From the NCBI GenBank assembly GCA_028534125.1, contig CM052816.1, positions 17,486,001-17,550,000 of the forward strand: 64,000 nt of DNA, read 5' to 3'. Shown here one piece after another: positions 11,980 to 24,710 of this stretch. Position 1 is the first letter of the stretch. Each line of letters starts with the position of its first letter. Source of the stretch: Lama glama (lineage: Eukaryota). Under the pieces are notes generated by a model. That model was not told the origin of the DNA. It saw only the letters and a list, made by a program, of their open reading frames with translations, and made no database searches. The position numbers were made by a program, and so were the translations under genes.

Positions 11980-13800
11980 AACAATGTTCAATTTTTTTGG
12001 AGTAGGCAATACCTACTCATGGTTCCAAATATTTAAAAAAGTACACAGTGTATATACTTGCTCCCACCTTGGTGATGTTTTATACTTACTACTGTATCAC
12101 ATACGACACCTAATACCACTTTGTCTCACTATTGGTGATACCTAGTTTGATCATTTGGTTTAGGTGGTGTCTGCCAGGTTTCTCACTGTTAAGATACCTT
12201 ATTCCCTTTATATTCAATGAACAGTCTGTGGGATGGAATTTCAAGACCATGTGGAGGTTCTTAAAAACCTTTTACCCAATAGTTTTGGCATCCATCGATG
12301 GTCCTTGCTTGCATCAGTTACTGTATCAGGGGTTGCAAAGTGATAATTTTCCAGTTCTATTCTTTCTATATTTTTTAGCTGATATTTTTCAGCAAAGAAA
12401 CAAAGCTTTTTAGTAATATTACCTAGTCCAAACTCATTCTGCTTGCTGCATGACAGGGCAATAAATGGGGAGACGAGATGTTGGGGCAAGGAATAGTGAC
12501 TTTATTCAGAAAGCCACCAGACCGAGAAGATGGCAGACCAATGTCCTGGAGAACCGTCTTCCCCAAGTCAGAATTCAGGCTCCTTTTATGCTAAAAAGGG
12601 GAGGGGGTTTGGTTGGTTGTTGTGAACTTCTTGGTGTAGGAATTTTTGTTCTTGGAATCCTTTGTTCTTGTAGCTGTCCATGTGGGTCAGGTCATGGTGT
12701 CCCTGTAAAACCTCCAACAAAACAAATACTACTTTCTATGCTGCAACTTGTTATCTTTATATGAGTGCAAAAGTGTTAATATCCTTAATGGTCAGAGTCT
12801 TGAGAATGGGCTCTCTTGTATATTTCAGGCTCTAGGCAACATTCTTTTACAGAAAGTGTAGAACCAGCAAGACTAAGCCTAGGAAACAGCACAGGGTTAA
12901 AGTCAGAGGAACAGATCTAATACGGAACAGATCTAATACGGAGTCAGATTTGTTATTTTCTATTACAGTAACACTATGGACACATGGATTTTTCAGAAGT
13001 TGAGTGTGTTACCATTCAGTGTATTGTCATCATTATTCATCTTGAGGCTTAAGTTGTCCCAGGTTTGACAGTGGGGACCCATTCAAGCTTGCTTTTATGT
13101 CCTTTTGGGCACTCTCTTGCTTTCTGGCATAATAAGATGTTACAGGCTTATCCCATATTCCTCCCTTCCCAGTCTTGGAATCAGACGTTGATTCAAAGAG
13201 TCCTGGTTCCTTCTAATGAGAACTTGTATTTAGAAACCAAGATCTGGGTGCTGGGTGTGCTTGTCACTCCTAGAACTTGTCACCACTAGGATCTTTAAGT
13301 GCATGGAAGTAGGAGTTACGTAAATTATGCGCTCATACCCATACTTTCAAAGTAAACCTGACACCACACTGCTAGATGCCATAAATTTACTCTTCCCCCA
13401 GTGAGAACCCCAATTCCTAATAATATGAGTACGGTTACTCATGTATTTTATCCTCCTGTTGACACGGAAGAGTCTAGGAATTTTAGCGCCAATGCCACTC
13501 ACTACTCATGACAAACTTGCTAAGTAAATTTCAAGATTCGTTTGCAGTTCTGTTGCCCTTAAACTATGTCCCACTAAGGGACTATGGTCAGAGTAGTGTG
13601 TTCAAAATTACTTGAATTCTTACTTCTAAGTGACTTTGTTACCGTTTTAATAAACACTTAGATTTATTATTGTTTGTTCATATGCAACATTAGAGTTTGC
13701 TTTTTTGTCATTTTAAAATGTATTTACTGAACGTATAAAATATTTCCATGTTCAAAATCAAAAGTGTAAAAGGGGCTATTTAGAAATCTTACTCCCTGTT
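11980..13800 (-). mobile_element. Old L1 (L1MC-like) 3' region, split by ERV1 LTR
   Basis: 'ctattggtgata...tttgatcatttggtttaggtggtgtctgccagg' and 'tatttagaaaccaagatctgggtgctgggtgtgct' are characteristic of L1MC 3' ends. Confidence 0.7.
12417..12967 (-). mobile_element. ERV1 solo LTR (MER34/MER39-like), 551 bp
   Basis: 4-bp TSD GTAA (12413-12416, 12968-12971); minus strand starts TGTAAT and ends GGTAATA (decayed TG...CA); minus-strand CATAAAA TATA-like at 12584-12590 and AATAAA at 12501-12506 in correct order. Confidence 0.9.
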
Positions 13801-13899
13801 GCTGTTCATTCCTCTGTTACACCTGCCTCTGACAGGTGTTTTCCTTAGCTTATAGTTTATTATTTCTGTGTTTCTTTCTTCAAGTACACATATGTGTAT

Positions 13900-14950
13900 G
13901 TTTTTATTTCCTCTTTTTGTGTGTGTGTGTGGGTATATGAATATATATCACATGTACTTTTGCACCTTGCTTTTTCTTCTTAACAGTGTATCCTGGAATG
14001 AGTCCATAGCAGTTGATTAAGATCTTTCTCCTTTAATTTGGCTGCAGAGTTTTTTTCCACTGTGTGGATTTATGGTCATTGATTCTGCCAGTCTTCTGTG
14101 GAGGGGCATTTAGGTTGTTTCAGTGTTTTCTGGCATATTCATGAGGCAAGTGAAGACCTATGTGTGTCTGTTGTTTCATGTTTGTGGAGTCATATCTTTG
14201 GGGTAAATTCCTCGAAGTGGGATTGCTAGGTTGGAGTGAAGGCTGTGCAGTTGTGTTAGGTATTGCTAAATCCCTCTCCACGGCATTGAGTCATTTGGAC
14301 CTTCTTCCAGCAACATGTGACAGAGCTGGTTTCCCCACAGCCTCACTGTCAAAATATGTGATAAGACTTTTGGATTTTTCTGAATATGATAGCTGAGAGA
14401 TGGTACCACAAGGTAGTTTTAATTTGCATTCCTCTTGTAACAAATGAAGTAGAGTATCTTTTCATGTATTTGTGTGTCTTTTGTGGACTGTTTATGAATT
14501 TTGCCCAGTTTTTCTCTTGGGTCCTAATTATTTTTTTAAGTTGCATAATATTCCATTGTCTGGATATACATACTTTAGAGACTTAGTTTTCTGTTCGTAG
14601 AAATTGGATTCATTCCTGTGTTTTGCTGTTAAAAACAATGCTGCAATGAATGATTTGTGCAAACCTCATTTCACTCATGTGCAGCTATAGTTGTAGGTTA
14701 AATTTCAGAAGTGGATTGGCTTGGTCAGAGAGTACATGCATTAATAATGTCAGTAGGTATTGCCAAATGCTGCTTCCCTCCCATGGGTTGTCCCAGTTAA
14801 CACCCCCACTAGCAGTGTGAGTGCCTGTTTCCTCCCAGACTGGCTGATGGCTTTTATATTTTTGTCCTGACATGTGAAACGTGCAATCTCAGTGAAGTGT
14901 TAATTTGTATTGAGCATTTTTTGTATACTTCAGATATTTGGATTTCTTTT
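13900..14950 (-). mobile_element. L1ME-type 3'/ORF2 fragments (at least two pieces)
   Basis: 'gggcatttaggttgtttcagt', 'gtagttttaatttgcattcctct'; minus ORF peptide THKYMKRYSTSFVTRGMQIKTTLWYHL is ORF2-like. Confidence 0.75.
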
Positions 14951-15814
14951 CCTGCACTGTATCTTCTGTTCTTTTAAGGTTTGCCCCCCTTTTTTCCTGG
15001 CAGATTGCACTTCTTCCTGGACATGGTTTTAGGGGTGTCACAGGATCATAATGACCAAGGTGTCTCCTTCAGACCAGGACAGTTGCCTCTGGAGAACAGC
15101 AGCCCCAGACCAAATCGTTCCTGAAGTGTCCGCATTTCTAAGGTCCCCTCTGAGCTTGCACATGGTCCGTCTGCTGGTGGTGCTCGAGCCAGGTCTCCCT
15201 GATGGTGTAGCCTCCCACGAATTCATGGCAGCGAGTCCCCAACGAGTTGCTCTTCTGATGAATTCCTTAGTGGAGAGAGCGCCTGCCTCCAGGACGCAGC
15301 TTGGGACTGGAGGAGTATTTTCATCACCCTGCTCTCTGCTCACCTTGTCAGCGCTTGCTTCCCCTTTCCTGCCCAATCTACCCAGGCTAAATCACTCTGC
15401 CCCATTATTTTCCATGCCCTCAGGGCCCGTAGACCTGTGATTACGTTGGTGCTGATTGCCAGACTGCAGAGTTCCCTGATCACCTTGTTCTCAACCTCTC
15501 ATTTCCCCGCTGAGAGGTGGAGAGTCCCGAGGACCCTCCCGCTCTGAGGAGGTGCTCCTTTTCTTATAGCTGTGACTCTACCTTCCTGCTTGGCTGCCTT
15601 TGCCCTGGGCCTCATCTACTGACTGCTGGTCCCCAGCTGGCCCCCAGGAGCCATCATCATGCAGGGTACTAAGGGACTGCTTCTGGGTTTTCATGTGAGC
15701 TCAGGACAGCCACCAAAGCCCTGCAGTTTCCAGCTGTCTTGTTCACCAAGCTAATGACAGCAACTGCCGTGGTGGTAGATCTTTCTCTTGATTCTGGAGA
15801 AGGTAGCCACACAA

Positions 15815-16010
15815 ATAGTAATAGCAACTACTGGTGGTTGAGAATTTCCTCTGTGCCGATTGCTCGCTGTGTATTTCCATTTAACCGTTGCAGCCATGGA
15901 ACAAAGTAGATGCTATTATCACCTGCATTTTAACAGGTGGGGAGGCTGCCCAAGCCCTCGACACCTATTAAGTGGCAAAGCAAGAACGTACACAAGTCAT
16001 TTGACCTTGG
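15815..16010 (-). mobile_element. MIR fragment
   Basis: 'aatagtaatagcaac...tagatgctattatcacctgcattttaacaggtggggaggctg'. Confidence 0.55.
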
Positions 16011-16212
16011 GGAATATTATAATCTGGTGGGGAGGGCAGCAGAATCTGCCAATCTAATTATGCAGTGAATAATTTTCATTTCTTGAGCATAGGTAATCTG
16101 AGTAGATTAGCTATGATCACCCCTGTGGCTGTGGGGACCTCACTTTGGGGTAGAACGGTTGGGCAGAGGTAAGTCTTGCACAAAGCAGACCATGGTTGGG
16201 AAAGTGGTGATT

Positions 16213-16470
16213 AATAATAATGGCTAGTGTTTTGTGAGCATGTATTCTGTGCCCAGTGTGGGCTAATAAGCACTCTGTGCAGTTATTGTATATTCCCACA
16301 ACAACCTTAGGATAAAGGAACTTTTTTCACCCCAATTTACATAAAGAGAAGACTGAGGCTCAGAAAATTAACCAAGTTGCCCAAGGACAGTGGTTAATCA
16401 TGAGAGTGCCGGGATTCAGACGGGGGTGGAGGGTGCCTGTCTCCAGACACCTATGCTCCTTCCTATCACG
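16213..16470 (-). mobile_element. MIR, near full length
   Basis: 'aataataatggctagtg...cccacaacaaccttagg...gactgaggctcagaaaattaaccaagttgcccaagg'. Confidence 0.8.
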
Positions 16471-17579
16471 CTATTCCGCCTCCCGCAGGGGCTTGGGGGG
16501 TTCCCCCAGACCTCTGGGTGGCCTCTCCCAGGTGAACACACCCTTCCGGTATTGGAGGGCGGGAGGCCAGGACCTGTTGGTGATTTCCTTTCTGCCTCTG
16601 GCGAGCCTGTACCAGGGTGGTCTCTGGAAGCTACAGAGCACATGAGCCACCAGACTAGATTTGGGCATGACTAGGTTTGGTCCCTGGCTGGACCTGTTGG
16701 GGTCTTAGGTGCCCCATGCCCAGCAGCCAGTGCTTTTGAAGCCTTTTCCACGTGTGCCTGTGGCCTCCTCTCCCTCTGGTTTGCCCTTCTTCTTGGTACC
16801 CCCATCACAGCAGGGGGAAAGCCTTGCCTCCCACAGTCCCCATGGATAAGACAAGCAACACAGCTCTTATCTCGGGAGGGCCAGTGCTGCGCTGGCTGGC
16901 CAAGCTTGGTTGACCCCTTTTCATAACAATACCTTGCATTTCCCTTTAGAGTTTTCTTGGTCAGTCACTAAAAAACTTGAAAGCCTCTATTCTCAGTGCT
17001 GCAGGGAGATAGAGAGTCCCTGCCCTTGTGGAATGCATTGTTTAGTTGAGGATGTGCCTACAAATCTTCCTACAGAGATGATCCAAGAGGACAGGAGTCA
17101 TAAAAGGAAACACAGGGAGTGTGACAAGGCAGTGCCCGGGTAAGTGCCAAGAACATCTTGCAGGCCATCTGTGCTCTGAGAGGAGTGGGAAAAGGGCAGT
17201 GTGGTCTGAAATCTTCCTAGAGGAGGTAGGTTTTTGAGGGTGGAGGACACCTTGGGGTGGAGTTTCATATGAGGGGATGGAGTATTCCAGGTCCTGAAAG
17301 GTTTTCACAGCCAGCCTCTGGTTTCCAGACCGAAGTATGAAGGCTGTGCTGCCCAGAAAGCCCACTGGAGCGGCACAATCAGTCGTGGAGCTTGACTGGG
17401 TGGTGTCCGGTGCTGCTGCCATGACACAGCTCATCGTGCAATGGTGGCCCATGGAGGAAAGGCATTTCCTGTGCAGCTGTTTGTTCTCATCAGGAGCCCG
17501 TCCCAGGGACTCAGGCCCAGGCTTAGACAGTCCTGAGCATCAGGAGTGTTTACTGGAGGAGAAAGGCAGGTGTACAGCA

Positions 17580-17855
17580 CAGTCTTTCCAGAATACGTGC
17601 TGCAGAACCTTAGTCCCATGAGTGAAATGATTCCCTGGAGAAATACGTCATGCCTCTCCTTTAGATGCTCATAACACACATTAATTTTTTAAAAGGCTCT
17701 GAGAAGCCCTATAGTAAAGAAATCTGTTTAATTTTTCAAGTCATTGTTTCTAAAACTTACTGAACATGAGACCTCCCAACTTTTTCAAGGAATCATTAAT
17801 ACACAGTAGAACCACTGTTGGTGTGTGTGTGTGTCTCAAAACTTGGGAAATGATG
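17580..17855 (-). mobile_element. MER103C-like hAT-Charlie DNA transposon
   Basis: core 'aaaggctctgagaagccctatagtaaagaaatctgtttaa'; degenerate inverted ends cagtctttccagaa / ttgggaaatgatg. Confidence 0.7.
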
Positions 17856-18024
17856 AGATCGTATATTTCTGAAAGATTTCCATCTTAAAAGCACTTAAGT
17901 GTTAAAAAGCTCTTATACTTAAAAGCTTTAACTCTCAATTCATAGAAGACTCAGTAACAAAGAGTCATTCCTGGCAAGTTCTGGGACGTTGAGGTTTTAT
18001 TGCATATTCGTTTTTCATCTTGAG

Positions 18025-18150
18025 TTAAAAAGTTAAGTTCCTTGAGGGCAGCGATGGAGTCTTAACCTCCTTTGTATCACCCCCTCAGCCTGCTCAGCAC
18101 TGACCATATAGTAGCTATTCAATAATTACTTGCTAATTGCTTGATTGAAG
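18025..18150 (+). mobile_element. L2 3' terminus
   Basis: 'taagttccttgagggcag...tttgtatcacc...tagtagctattcaataattacttgct'. Confidence 0.7.
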
Positions 18151-19599
18151 ATGTTTGCTAAAGGCCAAAAAGTTAATTAATTGAGGCTGGAATCCAGTTC
18201 TTTCAACTTCTAGCCAGAGGCTTGTTTTACCAGCCAACAAACTCTAAATTTAGGGTCTTCCAGTCTCCTGCTGTTTCCCAAAGCTGCTTTAAAAAGCTTA
18301 CCGAGCTTTCTCATTAAGTGGTTTTCTCCTGGTCCATCATTCTTGACTCCCTTCCTCCACCTTATCATGGCTGAAGCTGGGATGATGTGTGTATGGAAGG
18401 ATGTGGATGATGGAACAACATGTCGGAGATTTTTCTATGGGCAGCCTTTCTTCCTCAGTTGTATCCCACTATACCTTCTTGCCCCGGAAAAGCATGCAAC
18501 TTTGATCTGGTCTGCTTTGTTCTACCTGTGAGTTTTACCTTAGGAATTCTATCCTGTTGCCAGGTGTGAGGAGGTGGGGCTGGAGGCCTGCTGGTCTCAG
18601 AGCTGCCTTACAGTTGACATTTAGTTTTTGAGCATAAGTTTGTCACTTACCCCCAAACCTTAATCGCATTCTTACATGTGCGTTAACTACTGACGGCCTA
18701 CTAGGGATTTTCACAGCATCAGTAAGAAGGTTGGCTCTTTGTGAATAGGATTACAATATATGCCATTTATCATAGGTATCTCAGCCCAGGTGAGCATGCA
18801 GATAATGAGAGTCTACAAATTTCTTTTCCTGTGCAAATGTCTTGGATTTCTGATGTACTGAAATGTGTCCTTTTGTGGCTGTTTGACACTTCAACCTGCA
18901 GCTTGCTGGTAAGCACGAGGTGGCATTGAGCAGAATTTGAGTGCCCTGAAGGAAAGTTCTTTATTTAAACCCCCACTGGGCTGCATCTGTTTCTGGGTCT
19001 GTTCTCTAACCTTGGGAATCAACAGAAGCATCTTTATTTTGAGTATTTCATTCTACCTCGGCCATGGATCAGCATTCCTGTGTTCTCTTTAACTCCAGGA
19101 GTCATTTTGCAGCATTATTTTTGGAAAAATTGATTGAATTTAATGAAATGCAATGAGAACGAGTCTTCATGGTTCGAAGTGAGTGCTTTGGGTTAGCAAT
19201 AATCCATCAGAATGAGCTCTGATTTTGGTTAGGGGTAGCATGTCCTTTATGGAAGCCTGTCTTCATGAGCTGATTATTAAAATAACCAGTATTCAAGACA
19301 CTGGAGGTTTGAAGGTCTGAAAAATTGAGACCAAAGTGGGGTTTTATTAATTGTTTCTGTGGTATTTTGTCTATCTCACCCGAATCATGGAGGGCCAGTC
19401 TGTCTGAATTGCATTTGGTGAATTCAGTTTAATTGAGATCAGTGGCCAGTTAGAAACTTGAATGCTGCTTGGACACTGTCTTGCCCCGACCCCTCTGTTT
19501 GTTGAGTCCACCATGTGTAGGGTATGCCAGACCTCATGGCCTTCCTTCCTGTTGTTCTTTGGCATCTGGACCTCTTTCCTGGCCCTGCCCTTGACCAGG

Positions 19600-19885
19600 T
19601 TAACTTTTCCTCATCCTTTTGTGCTCAGCTGACTCTCTTCCTCAGGGAGGCCTTATATGAATCGGAGTGGATCACATTCTTCCTGCACTTTTACATGATT
19701 TCTTCCCCCCCTGGCGTTGTCACAACTTTAATTCAATAATAATTTGTCTTTTTTCTTAAATATCTGTTTCTCCTGCTTGATCTGCTTCCTGAGAGCAAAG
19801 GCATGTCTCTGTTCTTCAGTATATTCTCGGGGCCTTGGTGCAGGGCTGAGCACAAAGTAGGTGCTGAAATATTTGTTGAAAGAAG
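19600..19885 (+). mobile_element. L2 3' region
   Basis: 'gcttcctgagagcaaaggcatgtctctgttcttc...gtaggtgctgaaatatttgttgaa'. Confidence 0.7.
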
Positions 19886-19935
19886 GACAGAGAGATTTGG
19901 AAGCTCCTTGTGAAGGTTGTGCCTTTTCAGACATT

Positions 19936-20449
19936 AGTTGGCAGAGCTCTCCGATGTCCCTCAGTGACCCCCACCTTGTGTGAGCCCCTCTCCTTGAGTG
20001 TGGGCTGGACCTAGTGACTTCTTTCCTGACAGAATGTGGCAAAAGTGTAGGATGTCACTTCTGAAGTTAGGTTAAACAGAGAGAGTGTAGCTTCTGTTTT
20101 GTGGGTCCTCTCTTGCTCTGTCTGCTTGCTCTGATGGAAGCCAGCTTGCTGCTTTGTGAGCTGTCCACTGAGATGCCCAGGCCACTTGGCAAGGAACCAA
20201 GGGAGGCTTCTGGTCACCAGCCAGCTAAGGCCCTCAGTCCAGTCGCCTGGGAGGACCTGGATCCTGCCAAGAACCACGTGTGTGAACTTGGAAGCAGACC
20301 CTCCCTCACTTGAGCCTTCAGGTGAGACAACCTTGCTCTAAGCTGTGCTCAGATTCCTGACTCACAGAAACTGAGATAATAAATTCTTGTGGTTTTAAGC
20401 CACTAAATTTTGGGGTGATTTTGTTCTGCAGTCATAAATCATGAACACA
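19936..20449 (+). mobile_element. MaLR LTR (MLT1F-like)
   Basis: 'ccttgagtgtgggctggacctagtgacttc', 'gatgtcacttctga', 'cagattcctgactcacagaaactgagataataaat...ttttaagccactaaattttgggg'. Confidence 0.88.
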
Positions 20450-20477
20450 CAGATTTTTCTCTATGAGCTTGTTAGAT

Positions 20478-20690
20478 AATATTAATGATGATAATGGAAA
20501 CTAAATATATTGCCAGGTCTTGTGCTAAACACTTAATATGCATACTCTTGTCTATTTCTCACATGAACTCTGATGTTGGTTCTGTTATTGTCTACAATTT
20601 ATAGATGAGAAAAATGAGGCAAATAGAGGTGGAGTAACTTGTCCAAGGGTCGTGGTGGAGCCCAGGTAGTGTGATCCTGGAGACTGCACG
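20478..20690 (-). mobile_element. MIR
   Basis: core 'tttatagatgagaaaaatgaggcaaatagaggtggagtaacttgtccaagg'. Confidence 0.8.
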
Positions 20691-22982
20691 AAAGATGGAA
20701 TAGAGCCTGAAACGTTTCTGGGCTCCTTCCTCATCTAGAGGTTAGGGCTGCTGACTCTCTGGGCTTCCAGGACTCAGTGCAGTGGGTGTGCCATTGTTCA
20801 GGATGATGATTGGCACAGTGGCTCAGCCTGGACCCTGTCTCTTTAAGGAGCTGGAACAAGCCCCTTTAGGAGCCATCCAGCTGTCGGTCTCCTAATGCCA
20901 TGTGAGTTAGCATGCTTAGTGTGGAAGCCCACTCCTCCTGTGTCCAAGAATAAAATCCAATCAGGAAAATAAAAGATGGTGGCTTTTGGAATAAAATGAA
21001 TAGCATCCACCGTGTTTACAGCTTGTTTTCCAACTTCTGCAAGATGAAATTAAATTGAGTAATTGTTTGCACATTTAACCACATGACTCTGATCTGTCTA
21101 CAGCAGATTGTGGCATTGTGAATATTTAAACCAGCAATAAAGCCCTTTAAGCTTATGTTCCATTTTATCTCATTTATCTGTAGACCTAAAAATGCAACAG
21201 AACAGAACAAAAGATGTTTTGGGGGAAAGGCTAATGTGGTGTAAGATCACTATGGATTTAGGTTATGCAATTCTAACGCTTTGTGTTGGGAATGAATTTT
21301 GTGTGCAGAATAATTCTGAGTCCTGGATTCTGGAGTATATGTTCCTCCAGAGAAATTTGGAAGACCAGGACTCCGTTGTTGTCTGTTTCTGTCCCCTGGT
21401 GTGCTTGTGTATCTCTCGCCTCAGAATCGATTTTTGTCCACTTCTTGAGTGCTGTGTTGCATCATAATTGCTCACTCAAATAGATTCACTCTGAGTGATG
21501 GACAAATAACCAGGCATGTACAGATTGCAAATAAGTGTTGGATAAAAAAAAAACAAACACATGTTGAATGGATAACTATTTGAAATATTGCTACAGATAA
21601 GACCTCATATTCTGCAAACATACCTGGGTGTCTGAGGGTAAAACCCTCTGACAGTTCAAGAGAACTTTTCTAGATAAACAAGGATCAAGTTTGGGCTCTT
21701 ATGAAAAGATCAGTTTACAGTTTGTCAAGAGTATATGCTTGTACATTGGTCTTTATGTTGTTATGTGCCAGAGTTTGGATGGAGCTCGGATTTTATATCC
21801 CAAGGCTCTGCTTTGCCTACAGTGTTCATCTGCCATGATTTGAATTTGTTTTCAGCTGTCATGATTTTGGCAGCCTTTTGACACTGGCGTTGTTTTCTAA
21901 TTGGAGTGAGATCACAAGTGAATTAAATGACTTTATGATTTGGTGTTTCGTTTGAATATTTAAATTTGAAGAAATGAATTCTTTATATTGGCAACTTACA
22001 TTTTCCTCATGGAGTTATTTTATGACTATAACCAAAATGGATGGCCAAGGTGTTTAACAGTTATTTCTTCCCATTCAGTCATAATCTTAGATTCTAGCAT
22101 CACCTGATAGCTCCTTCTTTTCCTTTGGTTTCCACAGCATTATCGTCTAGTGGTTTTTTGACATGGCCTCCCTGGTGTCCCTGGCTCTGTCTTTTCACCT
22201 GAGTCCCGTTCCTCCTCTCAACAATTAAATATTAATGATTACCCAGGCTTCTGTCCTCAGGCCTCTTCTCACTTTATTCATCTCTCCTGGATCATTTCAT
22301 TCACTAAGGAAGTTGTTACATCCACATACCTGCTCACACTCTAAATAGGTCTCTCCAGCCCAGGTCAGAGGGTCAAGACATTGCTTATCCATCCAGCTGC
22401 CTAGGGATGTCTCCACTGGTGTGGTCTCTCTGCTGTGGCAGCTCAAATACAGCATGTGCAAAACTCAGCTCGTCTTCCTCCTGCTTTTTGTCATTGTGAG
22501 TGGTGTTGCCATCCCTCTGGTCTCCCGGGTTTGTGGGCTGGTGTTATCCCTGGATCCTCCCTCCCCAAACCCATCCATTATACCCCCTCTGCTCTCAAAT
22601 CATGTTTTCTTCCCTGACTTCTTCTGAGTCTCTTAATTTAGTACTGCCCTTCCTCCCTTGAACCTCTACCCCTGCTTCTTGACACACCCTCTTTCAGCTA
22701 ATTTCCTTCCAGATCCGTATTTCTGAAACTCAAATCTGATCTTGTCAATCCCTGCTTAAAATGCTTCACTGACTCTCCACTGTCCTCTAGGTCAAGTCCA
22801 GATTCTTTCTGTGAGCTCTGAGACCTCTCTGGGGTTTCATTCCTGCTCAGTCCTTTAACCTCCTTCTCTGCAGTTCTCTGAGTTTCCCCAGCCACCAGCC
22901 ACATCATGCTACTTACATGTAGTTCCCCAGACTACTGTGCCATTCCCTGCCAGGACACCTTGGGCATGCTCTTCCATTATCC

Positions 22983-23200
22983 GAGTGCTTCTCAGCTGGG
23001 GTTGGTTTTCCTCTCCAGGGGGCATTTGGCAATGTCTGAGACATTTTTGGTTGTCACAACAGGAGTTGGTGGGGAGAGGGGTTTCTACTGGCATCTAGGG
23101 GCCAGAGATATTGCCAAATTTCCTCTAGTGTATGAAACAATCGCACAACAAAGAATTGACTGGCCCCAAATGCCAGTAGTTCTGAGGCTGAGAAATACTG
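22983..23200 (+). mobile_element. MER20
   Basis: 'ccagggggcatttggcaatgtctgagacatttttggttgtcacaac...ggccccaaatgccagtagttctgaggctgagaaatactg'. Confidence 0.9.
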
Positions 23201-23244
23201 CCATACTGCTTGATGGCTTCCTTTTACTTTGTCTCAGGTCAAGC

Positions 23245-23465
23245 ACAGTCCACTCTTGCGGCCTTTAACTAGCTCTGTGACCTTGGGCAAGTGACCTAAC
23301 TTCTCTGTGTCTCAATTTCTTCTTCTGTAAAATGCAAATAATAATAATTCAACCTCAGATGTATGTTGTGAGGATTAAATGAATGAAGAGTATGTTAGGA
23401 TAGTGTGTAGGATGTAGTAATTGCTCAGTAAATGTTAGTTGCTATTATTGCCATCATTATTATTG
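23245..23465 (+). mobile_element. MIR
   Basis: 'actagctctgtgaccttgggcaagtgacctaacttctctgtgtctcaatttcttcttctgtaaaatg...gttgtgaggattaaatga'. Confidence 0.9.
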
Positions 23466-24349
23466 ACTCTATTCTTTAATTTTTAAACTATTATATTTCC
23501 TATTCAAGCAGAATTGAACACTCCTTCCTTATGCCACACCTAGACTGTGAGCACCATGAGGAAATGATCTATGACTTCTTCATCTATATGTCAGTGCCTG
23601 GCACACACTAAGCACCTAAATAATGTTTGCTGAATGAATGAATGATTCCATTTGCATATGTTTTTATATTATAAATTCAGAGTTCTCCACTGATACAAAA
23701 TCAGTACTATGCATTGGTAAGCAGGGGCTTAATAAATATTTGGTATTGCCATTAGTGTTTAATTGTTGATATAATTTATAATTGTTGCTAGATAAAATAT
23801 AGTTCTCTCCTAAAATAAGTCTTAATTTTCAAACACTTGAAATGTTTTGATGTCAACACTTCATTACAAGTGGATTTTCTCCATGAAGAATGTGGCCGAG
23901 GACACAGTCTGGTGGTGGACTGTGGATCCCTTGGGATCTTGGCAGTTAGCTGGAGGAGACCCATGATATGAGATTGTCACTTGCACATACATAGTCCTTT
24001 CCTCAGGGAAGTGGATGAAGACTCAGGTTTTTCTGTTCTACATGGCAGAGGTCCACTAGGTGCTGGAGAGCCCAGTCCCTTGCTGTGATGGGAATATTGG
24101 GATGGGGGTCCTGAGTTGCCTGGCTCTGGAAGGTTGAGTGGAGGTTCAGAGCTTGAAGAGAGTTTTATCACACTCTGGAGCCCATGTCACAGGAGATCGT
24201 CTAATTTGACATTAGAGAGTCCTCTGGGACTACTCTTGGGCAGAACCTCAAGTCAAATGCACATTTGTCTTCACAGTCCCCTGCCTGGTACATCCTTTCT
24301 CAACCTGGAAAATTCCTACTTATTCTTCATGGCTCAGTCCAGTGTCGTT

Positions 24350-24710
24350 ATTGGTTCAGTCAAATTTTTTTTGTGCATCAACTTCGTGTTAGGCACTGTT
24401 CTAGGCCCTGAAGAAGCAACAGTACAAAACACACAAAGTTTCTGGCTTCCTACAGCTAATATTCTGGCGGAAGAATTGGGCACTAAGCAAGTGGACATGT
24501 AATATCATTTCAGAGAGTGATGGATACTGTAGAGACAGGGCAACAGGGTGATGTGACAGAGTGGTGGGGAGAGGTCCCTTCAGATGGGTGGTCAGGGAAG
24601 CCCCTCTGAGAAGGGGATGTGGGAACCAGCCATGGGAGGATGTAGACATTGACCCGGCCAAGCAAGTGCAAAGACTTTGAAGCTAGAACAAGCTCGATGT
24701 TCTCAGGGAA
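24350..24710 (-). mobile_element. L2
   Basis: 'ggcactgttctaggccctg', 'gggtggtcagggaagcccctctgag', 'gcaagtgcaaagactttgaag'. Confidence 0.8.

Larger units (their letters stand above)
22100..23645 (+). mobile_element. L2 (3' ORF2 region to terminus) carrying nested MER20 and MIR
   Basis: 'ctctccagccc', 'tctgaaactcaaatctgatcttgtcaatccctgcttaaaatgctt'; terminus 'tagactgtgagc...tgtttgctgaatgaatgaatga'. Confidence 0.8.
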
